A DNA stretch of 64,000 bases from Squalus acanthias (Eukaryota). Shown here piece by piece: positions 11,558 through 23,918 of this stretch. The position numbers and the translations under genes were made by a program. The stretch covers positions 52,640,001 to 52,704,000 of the forward strand of contig CM059432.1 of NCBI GenBank assembly GCA_030390025.1, read 5' to 3'. Each line of letters opens with the position of its first letter. Positions within the stretch are counted from its first letter, which is position 1. The notes below the pieces were generated by a model. It did no database searches. It was not told the DNA's origin and worked only from the letters and a program-made list of their open reading frames with translations.

Positions 11558-12316
11558 CTCTCATATCTACACTTGCCAGCAATCAAAACCATTCCTAATG
11601 TAGTCAAGAGTTTACAGATCGAATACCCATTGTCCATTTTAAGGGATCACCAACTCAGTTACTATCTAGAACAATGTTTCTGGTTGATCTGTACTTGAGG
11701 CAACCCGCTTACACTCCTGTACATAATTTGTGTCTATTCAAACTGGATGAATCAGGTTCATTTTGTGTATTGCCTATCTGCCAGTCACAAAAACAAAGAT
11801 TTTTTTTCAGCTATAGGTATCTGAAGCCTCTTTGAATTCACTTATGCCGTAGCTCTTTTTAGGTGACTTTAGATAGATATGAAAATGTTTCCGATTTGAT
11901 GCAGGAACAAAACTGTGCTTGTGTCACAGTAAAGAAAGAGGGAATGGCATAGACATGGAGGGCAATAGAGATGTAGTAAATGGAGCAAGGCAAATAGTCT
12001 AACCAAAATTACTGTCTGCTGTTTAACATTAAACTGATGTTTGCTGCGGTATTTTTGGAGCGACTGCAAGCATTATCCCTGTGACTTATAACTTCCTGTG
12101 CATTTGTGGTTTTACTCTACAATCTTGTGGTTAATTAAGTATGGTAGGTAGTACTTCTTTGGTTTAAATTAAATGGTGACAGTTTTTGACCTACTTAAAA
12201 ATCAATCCGTGAAGTTTAAAAAAATTATGGTGGACAAAGATGAGACTACTTTAGATGATGGATGTGGTGTCATAAACATTATGGACTGTAAGCGTTGTGA
12301 AATGTAACTAAATAAT

Positions 12317-13036
12317 GCGCCAGATTTTGCTGTAGAAATAACGGTGAGGCTAACTGTGCTCCCCATTATTAAAGTGTAAATAGGACAACAACTTCCAGCG
12401 CCTGAACATACGCAGTTAAATGCAGAAATCAGAAAGTTGCTGTGCGAGAATGGTATCTGAGATTCTGCATTGAAATTCACGGAACACCGTGAAGTTATTA
12501 CTGTACTTACGTATATGTGTGTGTGTACACCCACTAAACTCTCCGGAGAAAGTTAGGGCTTGTCCATTCCAGTGTAAATATATTTTTAACGGCGTGATAA
12601 GTCTTTAATTACTGCCAACAGCCTCTCTGGCACTGAAAATTTACTTTTATAAGTGTGGCGTCTCATTCCTTCAGATTTTAATTATTGTTGGAGATTTAAA
12701 ATAACGTCATTTTTTGCTCTCGTGCGCGCGCTCTCTCTTCCATCATTCTTTCACTCGTTATTTCGCTTTCTGTATCTGATTTGACAATTAAATATTTTAA
12801 CTGACACTTCCTGGTTCAGACTCTGCGCTGCTCATAACGATTCTTCAATCTGATTGGTTAAGGGATGCACAGTTGCTTGTCCTGTTTACGCAGGTCCCAG
12901 ATCCCCTGTAGATGGTGCTGCGCCAAAATGGCTTTCTAATCACAGCAAGTTCCAGTGCATAATCCCATGGAAAGTCTGTGAGCAAGTGCAATGAACGGCT
13001 AGCGCCGTTCGCTCACCACTGAGCAAAGTCCGGCCC
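12317..13036. mobile_element. Non-autonomous Harbinger-type element (MITE)
   Basis: TIRs GCGCCAGATTTTGCT / AGCAAAGTCCGGCCC, AAT duplicated on both sides; similar to 62468-63140. Confidence 0.8.
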
Positions 13037-13237
13037 AATGCGGTGCTGCTTTCAGCCTCCACTATTCAAATTATCCAATTTTAAAGACCACATAAACGAA
13101 AACACATGCGCAACAGTATCATTACTGAACCTTAAAAATTAAACACAACATTTAAAATTGAACCCTAGACTTTAGGCACATCCTTTACAATGCCCGCCGT
13201 AAACAGCAACCAAATCACGACACATTAATACCCTGTA

Positions 13238-14315
13238 CTACTACTACTTCTTGGGCAGTCCCTCGGCACCGAGGATGACTTGCTTCCACACTAAAAATGA
13301 GTTCTCAGGTGACTGATGAGTTCAATGCGGGACCTACAGTCTCTGTCACAGGTGGGACAGACGGTGGTTGAAGGGGCGGGTGGGTGGGGTGCTTGGGTTG
13401 ACGTGCGCTCCTTCCGCTGTTTGCGCTTGGCTTCCGCTTGCTCCCGGCGAAGAGACTCGGTGTTCGGCGCCTTCTCGGATGCTTCTCCTCCACTTCGTGC
13501 GGTCTTGGGCCAGGGATTCCCAGGTGTCGGTGGGGATGTTGCACTTTTTCAAGGAGGCTTTGAGGGTGTCCTTGAAGCGTTTCCTCTGCCCACCTGGGGC
13601 TCTCATTGCAGTGTCAGAGCTCCGAGTAGAGCGCTTGTTTTGGGAGTCTTGTATCGGGCATGTGGATGATGTGGCCCATCCATCGGAGCTGATTGAGCAT
13701 GGTCAAAGCTTTGATGCTGGGGATGTTGGCCTGAGCGAGAACACCGACATTGGTGCGCCTATCTTGCCAATGGATTTGCAGGATCTTGCGGAGGCAGCGT
13801 TGGTGGTACCTCTCCAGTGCTTTGAGGTGCCTGCTGTACATGGTCTATGTCTGAAGCATACTCCGGAGGGCGGGTATCACTACTGCTCTGTAGACCATGA
13901 GCTTGGTGCTGGGTTTGAGGTCCTGGCATTCAAACACACTTCCTCAGGCGATTGAAGGCTGCACTGGCACACTGAAGGCGGTGTTGGACTTCATCATCGA
14001 CGTCTGCCCTTGTTGACAGGCTCCCAAGGTATGGAAAGTGGTCCACGTTGTCCAAGGCCTTGTCGTGGATTTTGATAATCGGGGGGTAGTACTGTGTGGC
14101 GAGGGCAGGTTGGTAGAGGACCTTTGTCTTACGGATGTTTACTGTAAGGCCCATGCTCTCGTACGCTTCGGTAAAGGTGTTGACGATGGTTTGGAGTTCG
14201 ACCTCCGAGTGTGCGCAGACGCAAGAGTCGTCTGCATACTGTAATTCGACGACAGAGGATGGGATGACTCTGACTGGAGGTGACGGAGGTTGAACAGTTT
14301 CCCGTTTGTTCTGTA
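13238..14315 (-). mobile_element. RTE-clade LINE 3' portion
   Basis: GLTVNIRKTKVL, FPYLGS, QLRWMGHIIHMPDTRLPKQALYSEL, GGQRKRFKDTLK; short trinucleotide tail (TAC)n at 13237-13248. Confidence 0.92.
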
Positions 14316-14674
14316 CCGTTGCTGGATAACTAGTACTTTAAGGAATATAAAAATGAAACCAAACACCAATGATAGGACACAAAAAAAAGTGTTTATTTGT
14401 TTGCCGTTCTTTTGGTTTTGCTTCAACAAATTGCTGTCATTTACTATTGCTACTCCCGGTGACATAGCTCTACTTAACCAGCTAGCGTTAATAAATTTAA
14501 TGTAAGGTAACGAGAGGGAACTCTGAACTCTTAAAACCTCCCTTTCAGAATTGTATGTTCAAATTGTTTTTCTTTGAATTATGAGTTTGTAGTTGGACCA
14601 TAGAAATTTTCAAAATTTGTTGGTCTGCTGAAGCTTAATAACGAAGTACTTAACACCACTGCTACCTTAGCTAT

Positions 14675-14921
14675 TGAGAGGTCGCACAACACCAGGTTAT
14701 AGTCCAACAGTTTTATTTTAACTCACAAGCTTTCGGAGTTACAACTCCTTCGTCAGGTGAAGTGAGGAGATACAGAAGCTGTATCTCCTCACTTCACCTG
14801 ACGAAGGAGTTGTAACTCCGAAAGCTTGTGAGTTAAAATAAAACTGTTGGACTATAACCTGGTGTTGTGCGACCTCTCAATTTTGTCCACCCCAGTCCAA
14901 CACCGGCATCTCCGCATCATG
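14675..14921. mobile_element. Young Penelope-like pLTR insertion in inverted (palindromic) configuration
   Basis: Perfect 103-bp arms 14673-14775 and 14779-14881 around an AAG loop; direct repeat ACCTTAGCTAT at 14664-14674 and 14922-14932; arms carry a hammerhead core followed by an A-rich tract. Confidence 0.85.
14793..14832 (+). ncRNA. Minimal type-I hammerhead ribozyme motif (mirror copy on minus strand at 14722-14761)
   Basis: UUCAC-CUGACGA-A-GGAGU(UGUA)ACUCC-GAAA-GCUU-GUGAG: intact core, 5-bp stem II, 5-bp stem I, palindromic AGCU helix III. Confidence 0.8.
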
Positions 14922-16523
14922 ACCTTAGCTATAACATTGAAATATTTAATACGAGAACAATCTCGGCTAGTGTTCCACAAATTCTGATACTGTCACTCAT
15001 TACTTATAGCTCAATTCTCCTTTACTTCAAAAAACATGCAAAATATATGTATATTGCTTGGTTAAGCAGCTTGTTTCAAACTGCGCAAGTGCTAGAATTA
15101 AGCTTTTTCCATTCAATTTTTTAAAAAGCTGAAATACTTCTTTTTTCTTTGTGATTTTCAAAGGTTTCAGCTTGCTCAAGTTACTCAGTTACAGTGCTTA
15201 CATGCCTTTTCAAGTAACATTACCCCATTCTCCTGGTGTCGTCAGGGTGAACGTGTCCTGAACTTAATTATGGCTTCGACTGCCTGATTTGAAATATTAC
15301 CTTTTTGTCTTGAGCGATGAATAGGATGGGTGGCCTATTGACTCAAAATTACAAGGATGCAGAACATTGTTGGATGCAGAACATTGTTGTATAACTGTTC
15401 ACTCTTGAACAAAACAAAGCAGCTTGGTCCATTCTGACAGACAACCGGCCCATTACTAACAGGATGTTGATGGTTATTTCCCCACTGCCTTTTCTCCATG
15501 ATTCTTTGCTTCCACTGTCAAACCTGGATGTTTCCTCAAGAATAAATATCTGCATCAAATTTGCAGTTTACAATTATTACTACATTGCTTGTTTTCATAC
15601 TTTGGTGTATGCTGAACTCTGGGGAAACAAAGGCCCGGATTTACTGGGGCCTATGCCCACGTACGCGCTATAAGTGCCTCGTAAGTTCTGGGTTTTCACA
15701 TGCGCTGCACATGCACGAATACCTGGCACTTGCGATCTGTGAAGAATCTTCTTGACAGATCCTCCACATCCCCGGGAAATGGACATCCGCTGGCGGAGAG
15801 TTGGCCTGTTTGCCCATTAATTTTAAACATGTAATTGTTTTCATTTCGTGATAAAATGTATTTTTTGGGTTATTCCTGGACCATCTACCTGGTGCGTAGA
15901 TTTATTGCGGTTCAGAGGCATCCGCCCATGGGAAGCCTCCGACCGCAAATTGAGGCTCAAAATCTTCAATTTAACTCTGATTTTTTCATGTTTTTTCATT
16001 CCATCTAATAGTTTATTTCAAGGCTGTTATCCAAGAAATGCCAGCCTTCTCGCTGATTTTAGTTTATATTGCAATCTGAAGAGGCAAGTAATGAAATAAA
16101 TCAAAGTTTAATTGCAGGTCAGAATAGTTTTGGGATTACAAGCCTTATTTGAATTTACTGTTAATTGTTTCAGTTTGAAACTTGCTTTCTCTGTTTTTCA
16201 CGTTGTTGGTCAGTAACATCTAGATCAGCTATCTGTAAAGGTTGCAGTGATGTCTTACTACACAGGAAAGGAATCAAACACTTTTCTACAGTTTTATGCT
16301 TTAAGCAAAGATTGGTTACTGCAAATTACTGATCTGAATATCCTTGTGTATAATACAGTATGAGCTCTCATGTATGCATAATCTAATCCCTTGGTATTAA
16401 AGCACAAATATGTTTTAATGTCCTAAATTTAATCTTGTAAAAGTCATACCTGCCGATTTTTTAAATTTCCTGTTTTTTTAATTCTTTGCTTCTGAATGTA
16501 ACAAATTCAGGTCTGCTTGTAGG

Positions 16524-16671
16524 CAGTGTTCCCTGTAAGCTGCACTTTGTTCTGAGCGGCTTGTTTCTTTTAATGCACAGTCCCTTTAAATTTCTGAGCA
16601 ATGTAAAAGCTGGTGAGCGGCCTGCGCGGGACCTTTCCCATTACTGTGCGGCCGCCTTAGAGGGAACATTG
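16524..16671. mobile_element. hAT-type MITE
   Basis: TIRs CAGTGTTCCCTGTAAG / CTTAGAGGGAACATTG; flanks share GTAGG; related to 33228-33384. Confidence 0.7.
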
Positions 16672-18905
16672 GCCGTAGGTACTTCTCTGGTTCAGTAGCA
16701 ACAGTCTGAGCATTTTGTGGGCGTTGACTCTCTCTGCCCTATATCTACTTGTACAATACCATAACCCAGGGATGTTACAGTAGCATCCCCTTAGGATCTG
16801 GACGAGACCCTCATGTCTTTTACACATGCATTTATTCAAACTCTCCAAAGGCAGACCGAGTTGAGGCTTGGTTCGAATTGTTAAGCTGCTTTATTTCACA
16901 GTAAGCTGAATGTACAGAACAATAATTTGGATTGGACTCCAACAAAACTTTTCTACATATAGCAACATAATAATGAACATTATCTGTAGACACCTTCGAT
17001 GGATTTTTCAATGTTAATTGTGTCTACACTACTGTTCTGTTTATGTAATTGCTGTTGGTGCCTGTAGGTGGAACTATAATGGGTTTCCCAATTGGAGGAC
17101 TTGGCCAATTGTCATATTTTCCCTGCGACGCTGCAATTCCCCTATTTTTTAAAAAAAAACAACACTTTGCGTCTATGTAGTTCTGGGCTTTGGTCATTGG
17201 GTGACGTTGTAGAGCAGATTTGTTGACCTACATCTGAAAATGTTTCATGTCATTTTTCTTCTCGGCGACTGAAATTTCTAATGTCTGAAGTAAGACTTTG
17301 AACAAACTGCTTCAAAAAATGTTACGTATTTCACAATAGCATGATTAAATTATAACATTATATTCAATAGAATTCTTTTTTGACACTGTCATTAAAGTTT
17401 TTAGTTGAAAGCCTTGCCCTGTGTCAAAAGCTGTGCTCCGACTGGATATTTTTACATCACAACAGATAAATTAATCATCTGTGCATTCTGAGCATGTGCA
17501 GTTTGCAGAATTTCCCTGCCACAATCTGTATATCAAAAGGAGTTGAAGGGTGGAAGTCTGTGTTTCCTCATCCAGGATTTGAGACTTTCCTTGCTTTTCC
17601 TAAAGACTTTGAAATAACTTGGAGATTGAATTCTCAAAGCTTTTGTTTCAGGCAAGTGATGAATTTATCTAAATATTTTACAGTTGTGCTTTTTCTATAA
17701 TGAATTGCTCACAGGAAAAGAGGCAGTAGTGTGAACAGCCGCAGCTGTTGTGCGAGAGGCAGCATGTGGGAACAGAGGTACCTGCAATCGTGGGGGGTTT
17801 TCGTTAATGGTTAGGAAAGACAACAGAGATTGACTTTTTTTAATCCATTGTCTATAAAAGTGTCTCTTCATTGTGTATATGTATATATTCAGTTTTAAAA
17901 CAATCGCTCCTGAACCATTTTTGGAGCTTAACATTTTTCAAATGAAAAGTTGAAAATTGATGTTTTAAGGTCATTTTATGGTCAATAGTAGTTCCCCACT
18001 TCTTGTCCCAGCTGAAGTTGCCACCGAGTTGAGCCTGGGAACTTCTCTCTATGGCTTACCAAGCTACCTTGTTCATTTTAGAAACTGTTGAAAAATATGT
18101 TTCAAAAACAATACAGCAGGGACTAATATTATTGGCTAAGTACTGTGTTGACGTGATAACATTCATATTGTGTAAGTTGGGGTTTTGCTTTCAACAAGCC
18201 AGGAAATGACAGAAACCCTTTGACTAGAATTTGCCACTGTAGGCATTCCAAGCTAGATCACTGTGCTGAGAAGGAAAATTAGTTGGATGATTAATTGATT
18301 TTACAATTTTAAAAATAGTCAAGAAATTTGGGGGGAAAAAAACAACTGGTGCCTGATTAGATTTCAGCATAGATAAATTTATGTATGTTCTCGACATGCT
18401 AGTGCAGCAGGAAGTAGAGTGCTCCAAAAATACGACTGTCAGCATGCATTACAGACACGTCTGTGAACCACAACTCTCTTGTGGCTTATGTGGTGCATTT
18501 ATTATGTCTGCACTCAGAGCTCAACACTTTAATTTTTCTTTCAGTAGCACCTGCATAAGCAATACCTGAATGGGGGTTAAAGGGGCCATGCACCCAAAAA
18601 AAGATTAGAGGGAATATTGATTCTAGGTATTTCTAAGCTTGGGCTTGCAAGCAATACTACAAAAACTTGGAATCCGCGAAATGGGCATAGATTGAATCCC
18701 TGAAAGCCAACTTAGCTGGATTTGACATGAAAGAATGTTAGTAAAGATGTTAGGCTTTGCAATGTAAGATCAAGATGAAGACTAGGGAAATGTTGCTTTA
18801 ACTATTTTTTATTAAGGATTATATTCGGGCCAAGCAACTTAGTTTATGGAATGACAAAGGGTTGGTGTAGCTTGTTTATTATGTCTCATTCACTGATTTA
18901 ATAGT

Positions 18906-20840
18906 GAATCACAGAATGGTTACAGCACAGATGGAGGCCATTCGGCCCATCGAGCTTGTGCCAGCTCTCTGCAAGAGCACTTCAGCTTGTCCCACTCCCC
19001 CGCCCTTTCCCCGTAGCCCTGCAAATGTTTTTTCATTCAGGTACTTATCCAATTCCCTTTTGAAAGTCGCGATTGAATCTGCCTCCACCACCCCCTCAGG
19101 CAGTGCATTCCAGATCCTAACTATTCACTGCATAAAATACTTTTTCCTCATGTCGCCTTCGGTTCTTCTGCCAATCACCTTAAATCTGTGTCCTCTGGTT
19201 CTCGACCCTTCCGCCAATGGGAACAGTTTCTCTCTATTTATTCTGTCCAGACCCCTCATGATTTTGAACATCTCTATCAAATCTCCTCTCAACCTTCTCT
19301 GCTCTAAGGAGAACAACCCCAGCTTCTCCAGTCTATCCACGTAACTGAAGTCCCTCATCCCTGGAACCATTCTTTTAAATCTTTTCTGCACCCTCTCTAA
19401 GGCCTTCACATCCTTCCTAAAGTGCGGTGCCCAGAATTGGACACACTATTCCAGTTGAGGCCGAACCAGTGTTTTATAAAGGTTCATAACTTCCTTGCTT
19501 TTGTACTGTCTCTATTAATGAAGCCCAGGATCCCATATGCTTTTTTAACTGCTTTCTCAACCTGCCCTGCCACCTTCAACTATTTGTGCGCACATATAAC
19601 CCAGGTCTCTATGTTCACGCACTCCCTTTAGAATTGTACCCATTAGTTTATATTGTCTCCCCTTGTTCTTCCTACCAAAATGTATCACTTTGCACTTTTC
19701 TGCGTGAAATTTCATCTTCCATGTATCCGCCTATTCCACCAGCCTGTTTATGTCCTCTTGAAGTCTATCATTGTCCTCCTCACTGTTAACTATACTTCCA
19801 AGTTTTGTGTCATCTGCAGATTTTGAAATTGTGCCCTGTACACCCAAGTCCAAGTCATATATAGAAAAGCATTGGTCCTAGAACCGACCCCTGGGGAACA
19901 CCACGATACCTTCCTCCAGTCCAAAAAACAACCGTTCACCATTACTCTCTGTTTCCTGTCACTTAGCCAAATTCGTATGCATGCTGCCACTGTCCCTTTT
20001 ATTCTTGGCTTCAACTTTGCTGGCAAGCCTATTATGTGGCACTTTATCAAATGTCTTTTGGAAGTCCATGTACACCCGTCAACCGCATTGCCTTCATCAA
20101 CCCTCTCTGTTACCTCATCAAAAAACTCAATCAAGTTAGTTAAACACGACTTTGCCTTTAACAAATCCGTGCTGGCTTTCCTTAATTAATCCACACTTGT
20201 CCAAGTGACAATTTTGTCCTGGATTATCATTTCTAAAAGCTTCTCCACCACCGAGGTTAAACTGACTGGCCTGCAGTTGCTGGGTTTATCCTTACACTTT
20301 TTTTTGAACAAGGGTGTAACATATTTGCAAATCTCCAGTCCTCTGCCACCACCCCCGTATCTAAGGAGGATGGGAGGATTATGGCCAGTACCTCTGCAAT
20401 TTCCATCTTTACTTCCCTCAGCATCCTAGGATGCATCCCATCCGGTCCTGGTGACTTATCTACTTTAAGTACAGCCAGCCTTTCTAGTACCTCCTCTATC
20501 AATTTTTATCCCATCCAGTATCTCAACTATCTCTTCTTTCATTATGACTTGGCAGCATTTTCTTCCTTGGTAAAGACAGATGCAATGTACTTATTTAGTA
20601 CCTCAGCCATGCTCTATGCGAAGGCCTCCCTTTTTGGTCCCTAATCAGCCCCACTCCCCTCTTATTACCCGTTTACTATTTATATGCCTATAGAACACTT
20701 TTGGATTCCCTTTTATGTTAGCCGCCAGTCTGTCCTCATACTCTCTCTTTGCCCCTCTTATTTCCTTTTTCACTTCCCCTCTGAACTTTCTATATTCAGC
20801 CTGGTTCTCTCTTGTATTCTCAACCTTACATCTGTCATAC
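18906..20840 (-). mobile_element. CR1 LINE, 5'-truncated, frameshifted ORF2
   Basis: KSPGPDGMHPRMLRE, KSCLTNLIEFF, LERVQKRF, RRLRGDLIE. Confidence 0.95.
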
Positions 20841-21329
20841 GCCCCATGTCTCTGTCGGCTTCTTTTTGAAGGTTAATAGTTTTAATTTTAACCCTATAGC
20901 CCAGATTTTAAAAGCTGTAGTGATGCACAAATCATTTAATGCTTACTGTATACAAGTTTAAACAGGTTTCTGTACTTTCAGCTGTTCAGTCATTTGTAGA
21001 TTGAGATGGTGATAGTTCTCATTGCTACTGTTTACTTTGGTGTACTTTATTTGTACTATAACAAACAAGCTGTGATATCATCTAGTCAAATTCCCATTTT
21101 CAATATATCGCCATTGATCAAATCGTAGGTAACATTAAACCATGTCAAACTGTGAAACATACACGGGAGCTTGCTGCTTGCTTGAAATGGGCCAGTCTGG
21201 AAGTTTCATAATTCGTTCAGTGAAGTGGTTAAAACAAAAATCCTTGTAATGCACACATCTGCATATATCCTGCATGTAAATGAGAAGCAATGGTTAGCAT
21301 TTAAAGAATTAATACATAATTTACAACAA

Positions 21330-23612
21330 ATAAGGCCCAAAAACCCCGCCGGAAAAGTGGTCCAACCGTGGCTAACGAGCAGTTAAAGATCGTATTCGAT
21401 CAAAGGAAGAGGCTTATAATGTTGCCAAAAATAGTAGTAAGCCTGAGGATTTTAGAATTCAGCAAAGGAGGACCAAGAAATTGATAAAGAAATGGAAATA
21501 GAATGAGAGTAAACTAGTGAGACATAAAAACAGACTGTAAAAGCCTCTATAGGTATGTAAAAAGGAAAAGATTAGCGAAAGTAAATGTGGGTCCCTTACA
21601 GGCTGAGACAGGAGAAATTATAATGGGGAATAAGGAAATGGCTGAGAAATTAAAATACTTTGTGTCTGTCTTCATGGAAGAAGACGCAAAAAACTTCCCT
21701 GAAATAGTGGAGAACCGAGGATCTAGCGTGAATGAGGAACTGAAAGAAATTAGTATTAGTAAAAAAAAAAATAGTACTGGAGAAATTAATGGGACTGAAA
21801 GCTGATAAATCCCCTGGACCTGATGGTCTACATCCTAGGGTTTTGAAAGAATTGGCTATAGAGATAGTGGATGCATTGGTTGTCATTTTCCAAAATTCGA
21901 TAGATTCTAGAACGTTCTCGCAGATTGGAAGGTAGGAAATGTAACCGCACTATTTAAGAAAGGTGGGAGAGAGAAAACGGGGAACTACAGACCAGTTAGC
22001 CTGACATCAGTAGTAGGGAAAATGCTAGAATCTGTTATTAAGGACGTGGTAACGGCACTTAGAAAATAATAATAGGATTTCGCAGAAAATAATAGGATTT
22101 CACAGAGTCAACACTGATTCATGAAAGGCAAATCATATTTGACAAATAGGTTAGAGTTTTTTGAGGTTGTAACTAGCAGAATAGATAAGGGGAAACTAGT
22201 GGATGTGGTGTATTTGGATTTTCAGAAGACATTCGATAAGGTGCCACACAAGAGGTTATTAAACAAAATTAGGGCTCATGGGATTGGGGGTAATATACTC
22301 GCATGGATTAAGGATTGGTTAACAGACAGAAAACAGAGTAGGAATAAACGGGTAATTTTCAGGTAGGCAGGTTGTAACTAGTGGGGTACGTAAGGATCAG
22401 TGCTTGGGCCTCAGCTATTCACAATCTATATCAATAATTTGGATGAGGGGACCAAATGTAATGTATCCAAGTTTGCTGATACAAAGCTGGGTGGGAAATG
22501 TAAGTTGTGAGGAGGAATCAAGGAGGCTTCAAGGGGATATAGACAAGCTAAGTGAGTGGGCAAGAACATGGCAAATGGAATATAATGTGGAGAAATGTGA
22601 AGTTTTTTTTGATTCGTTCATGGGATCTGGGCGTTGCTGGCAAGGCCAGCATTTATTGCCCATCCCCAGTTGCCCTTGAGAAGGTGGTGGTGAGCCGCCT
22701 TCTTGAACCACTGCAGTCTGTGTGGTGAAGGTACTCCCACAGTGCTGCTAGGTAGGGAGTTCCAGGATTTTGACCCAGCGAGGATGAAGGATCGGCGATA
22801 TACTTGTAAGTCAGGATGGTGTGTAACTTGGAGGTGGTTATCCACTTTGGTAGGAAAAATAAAAAAGCAGAGTATTTTTTAAATGGTGAGAAATTGGGAA
22901 ATGTTGGTGTTCAGAGGGACCTGGGTGTCCTTGTACACAAATCACAAAGTTAACATGTAGGAACAGCAAGCAATTAGGAAAACAAATGGTATGTTGGCCT
23001 TTATTACAAGAGGATTTGAGTATAAGAGTAAAAATGTTTTGCTGCAATTATATAAGGCCCTGGTGAGACCACACCTGGAGTATTGTGTACAGTTTTGGTC
23101 TCCTTACCTAAGGAAGGATATTCTTGCCGTAGAGGGAGTGCAACGAAGGTTCACCAGACTGATTCCTGGGATGGGGGCATTGTCCTGGGAGGAGAGATTG
23201 AGTAAACTAGGCCTATATTCTCGCGTTTAGAAGAATGAGAGGTGACCTCATTGAAACATACAAAATTCTTACAGGGCTCGACCGGGTAGATGCAGGGAGG
23301 ATGTTTCCACTGGCAGGGGAGTCTAGAACTTGGGATCACAGTCTCAGAATAAGGGGTCGCCATTTAGGACTGAGATGAGGAGAAATTTCTTCACTCAGCG
23401 GGTGGTGAATCTTTGGAATTCTCTACCCCAGAGGGCTGTGGAGGCTCAGTTGTTGAGACAGATATCGATAGATTTTTGGATATTAAGAGAATCAAGGGAT
23501 ATGTGGATAGTGCAGGAAAGTGGAGCTGAGGTAGAAGATCAGCCATGATCTTACTGAATGGTGGAGCAGGCGCGAGGAGCTGAATGGCCTACTCCTGCTC
23601 CTATTTCTTATG
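21330..23612 (+). mobile_element. CR1 LINE, 5'-truncated, with a nested minus-strand LINE 3' end at about 22604-22835
   Basis: YLDFQKTFDKVPH, YKALVRPHLEYCVQFWSP, RRNFFTQRVVNLWNSLP; 3' tail ends about 120 bp upstream of the ATG exon. Confidence 0.95.
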
Positions 23613-23738
23613 ATGAGTTAAGCATGGAAATGGATAAACTTTTGCACAGCACAAAAAATATTTAGTTGAATACAAGATTGTTCATGCAATGTTTTTCTTA
23701 CCTTTTTTGGGTTTCTGTTTTTTTCCCAGTCCCAAACC

Positions 23739-23918
23739 ATGAACTATGTTGGACAGTTATTGGTAACAGTCAAGGAACTGTATAAGGGATTGAATCCTGC
23801 AACACTCTCTGGATGCATAGATGTGATTGTGGTCCAACAGCAAGACCGCACTTACCAATGCTCACCATTTCATGTTCGATTTGGAAAGCTAGGCGTACTT
23901 CGGTCAAAGGAAAATGTG
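23739..23918 (+). CDS. LPIN2: Lipin-2 exon with canonical ATG (exon starts 23730); N-Lip [32 protein letters not shown]...[18 protein letters not shown]
   Basis: Polypyrimidine tract and CAG acceptor ending 23729; ACCATG; hallmark lipin N-terminus ([15 protein letters not shown]); donor GTG|GTAAGT at 23919. Confidence 0.97.

Noticed and set aside
17700..17777. Possible alternative first exon ending CAGAG|GTACCT
   Set aside because: Weak donor; its ATG (17764) is out of frame with the lipin exon; no independent evidence.
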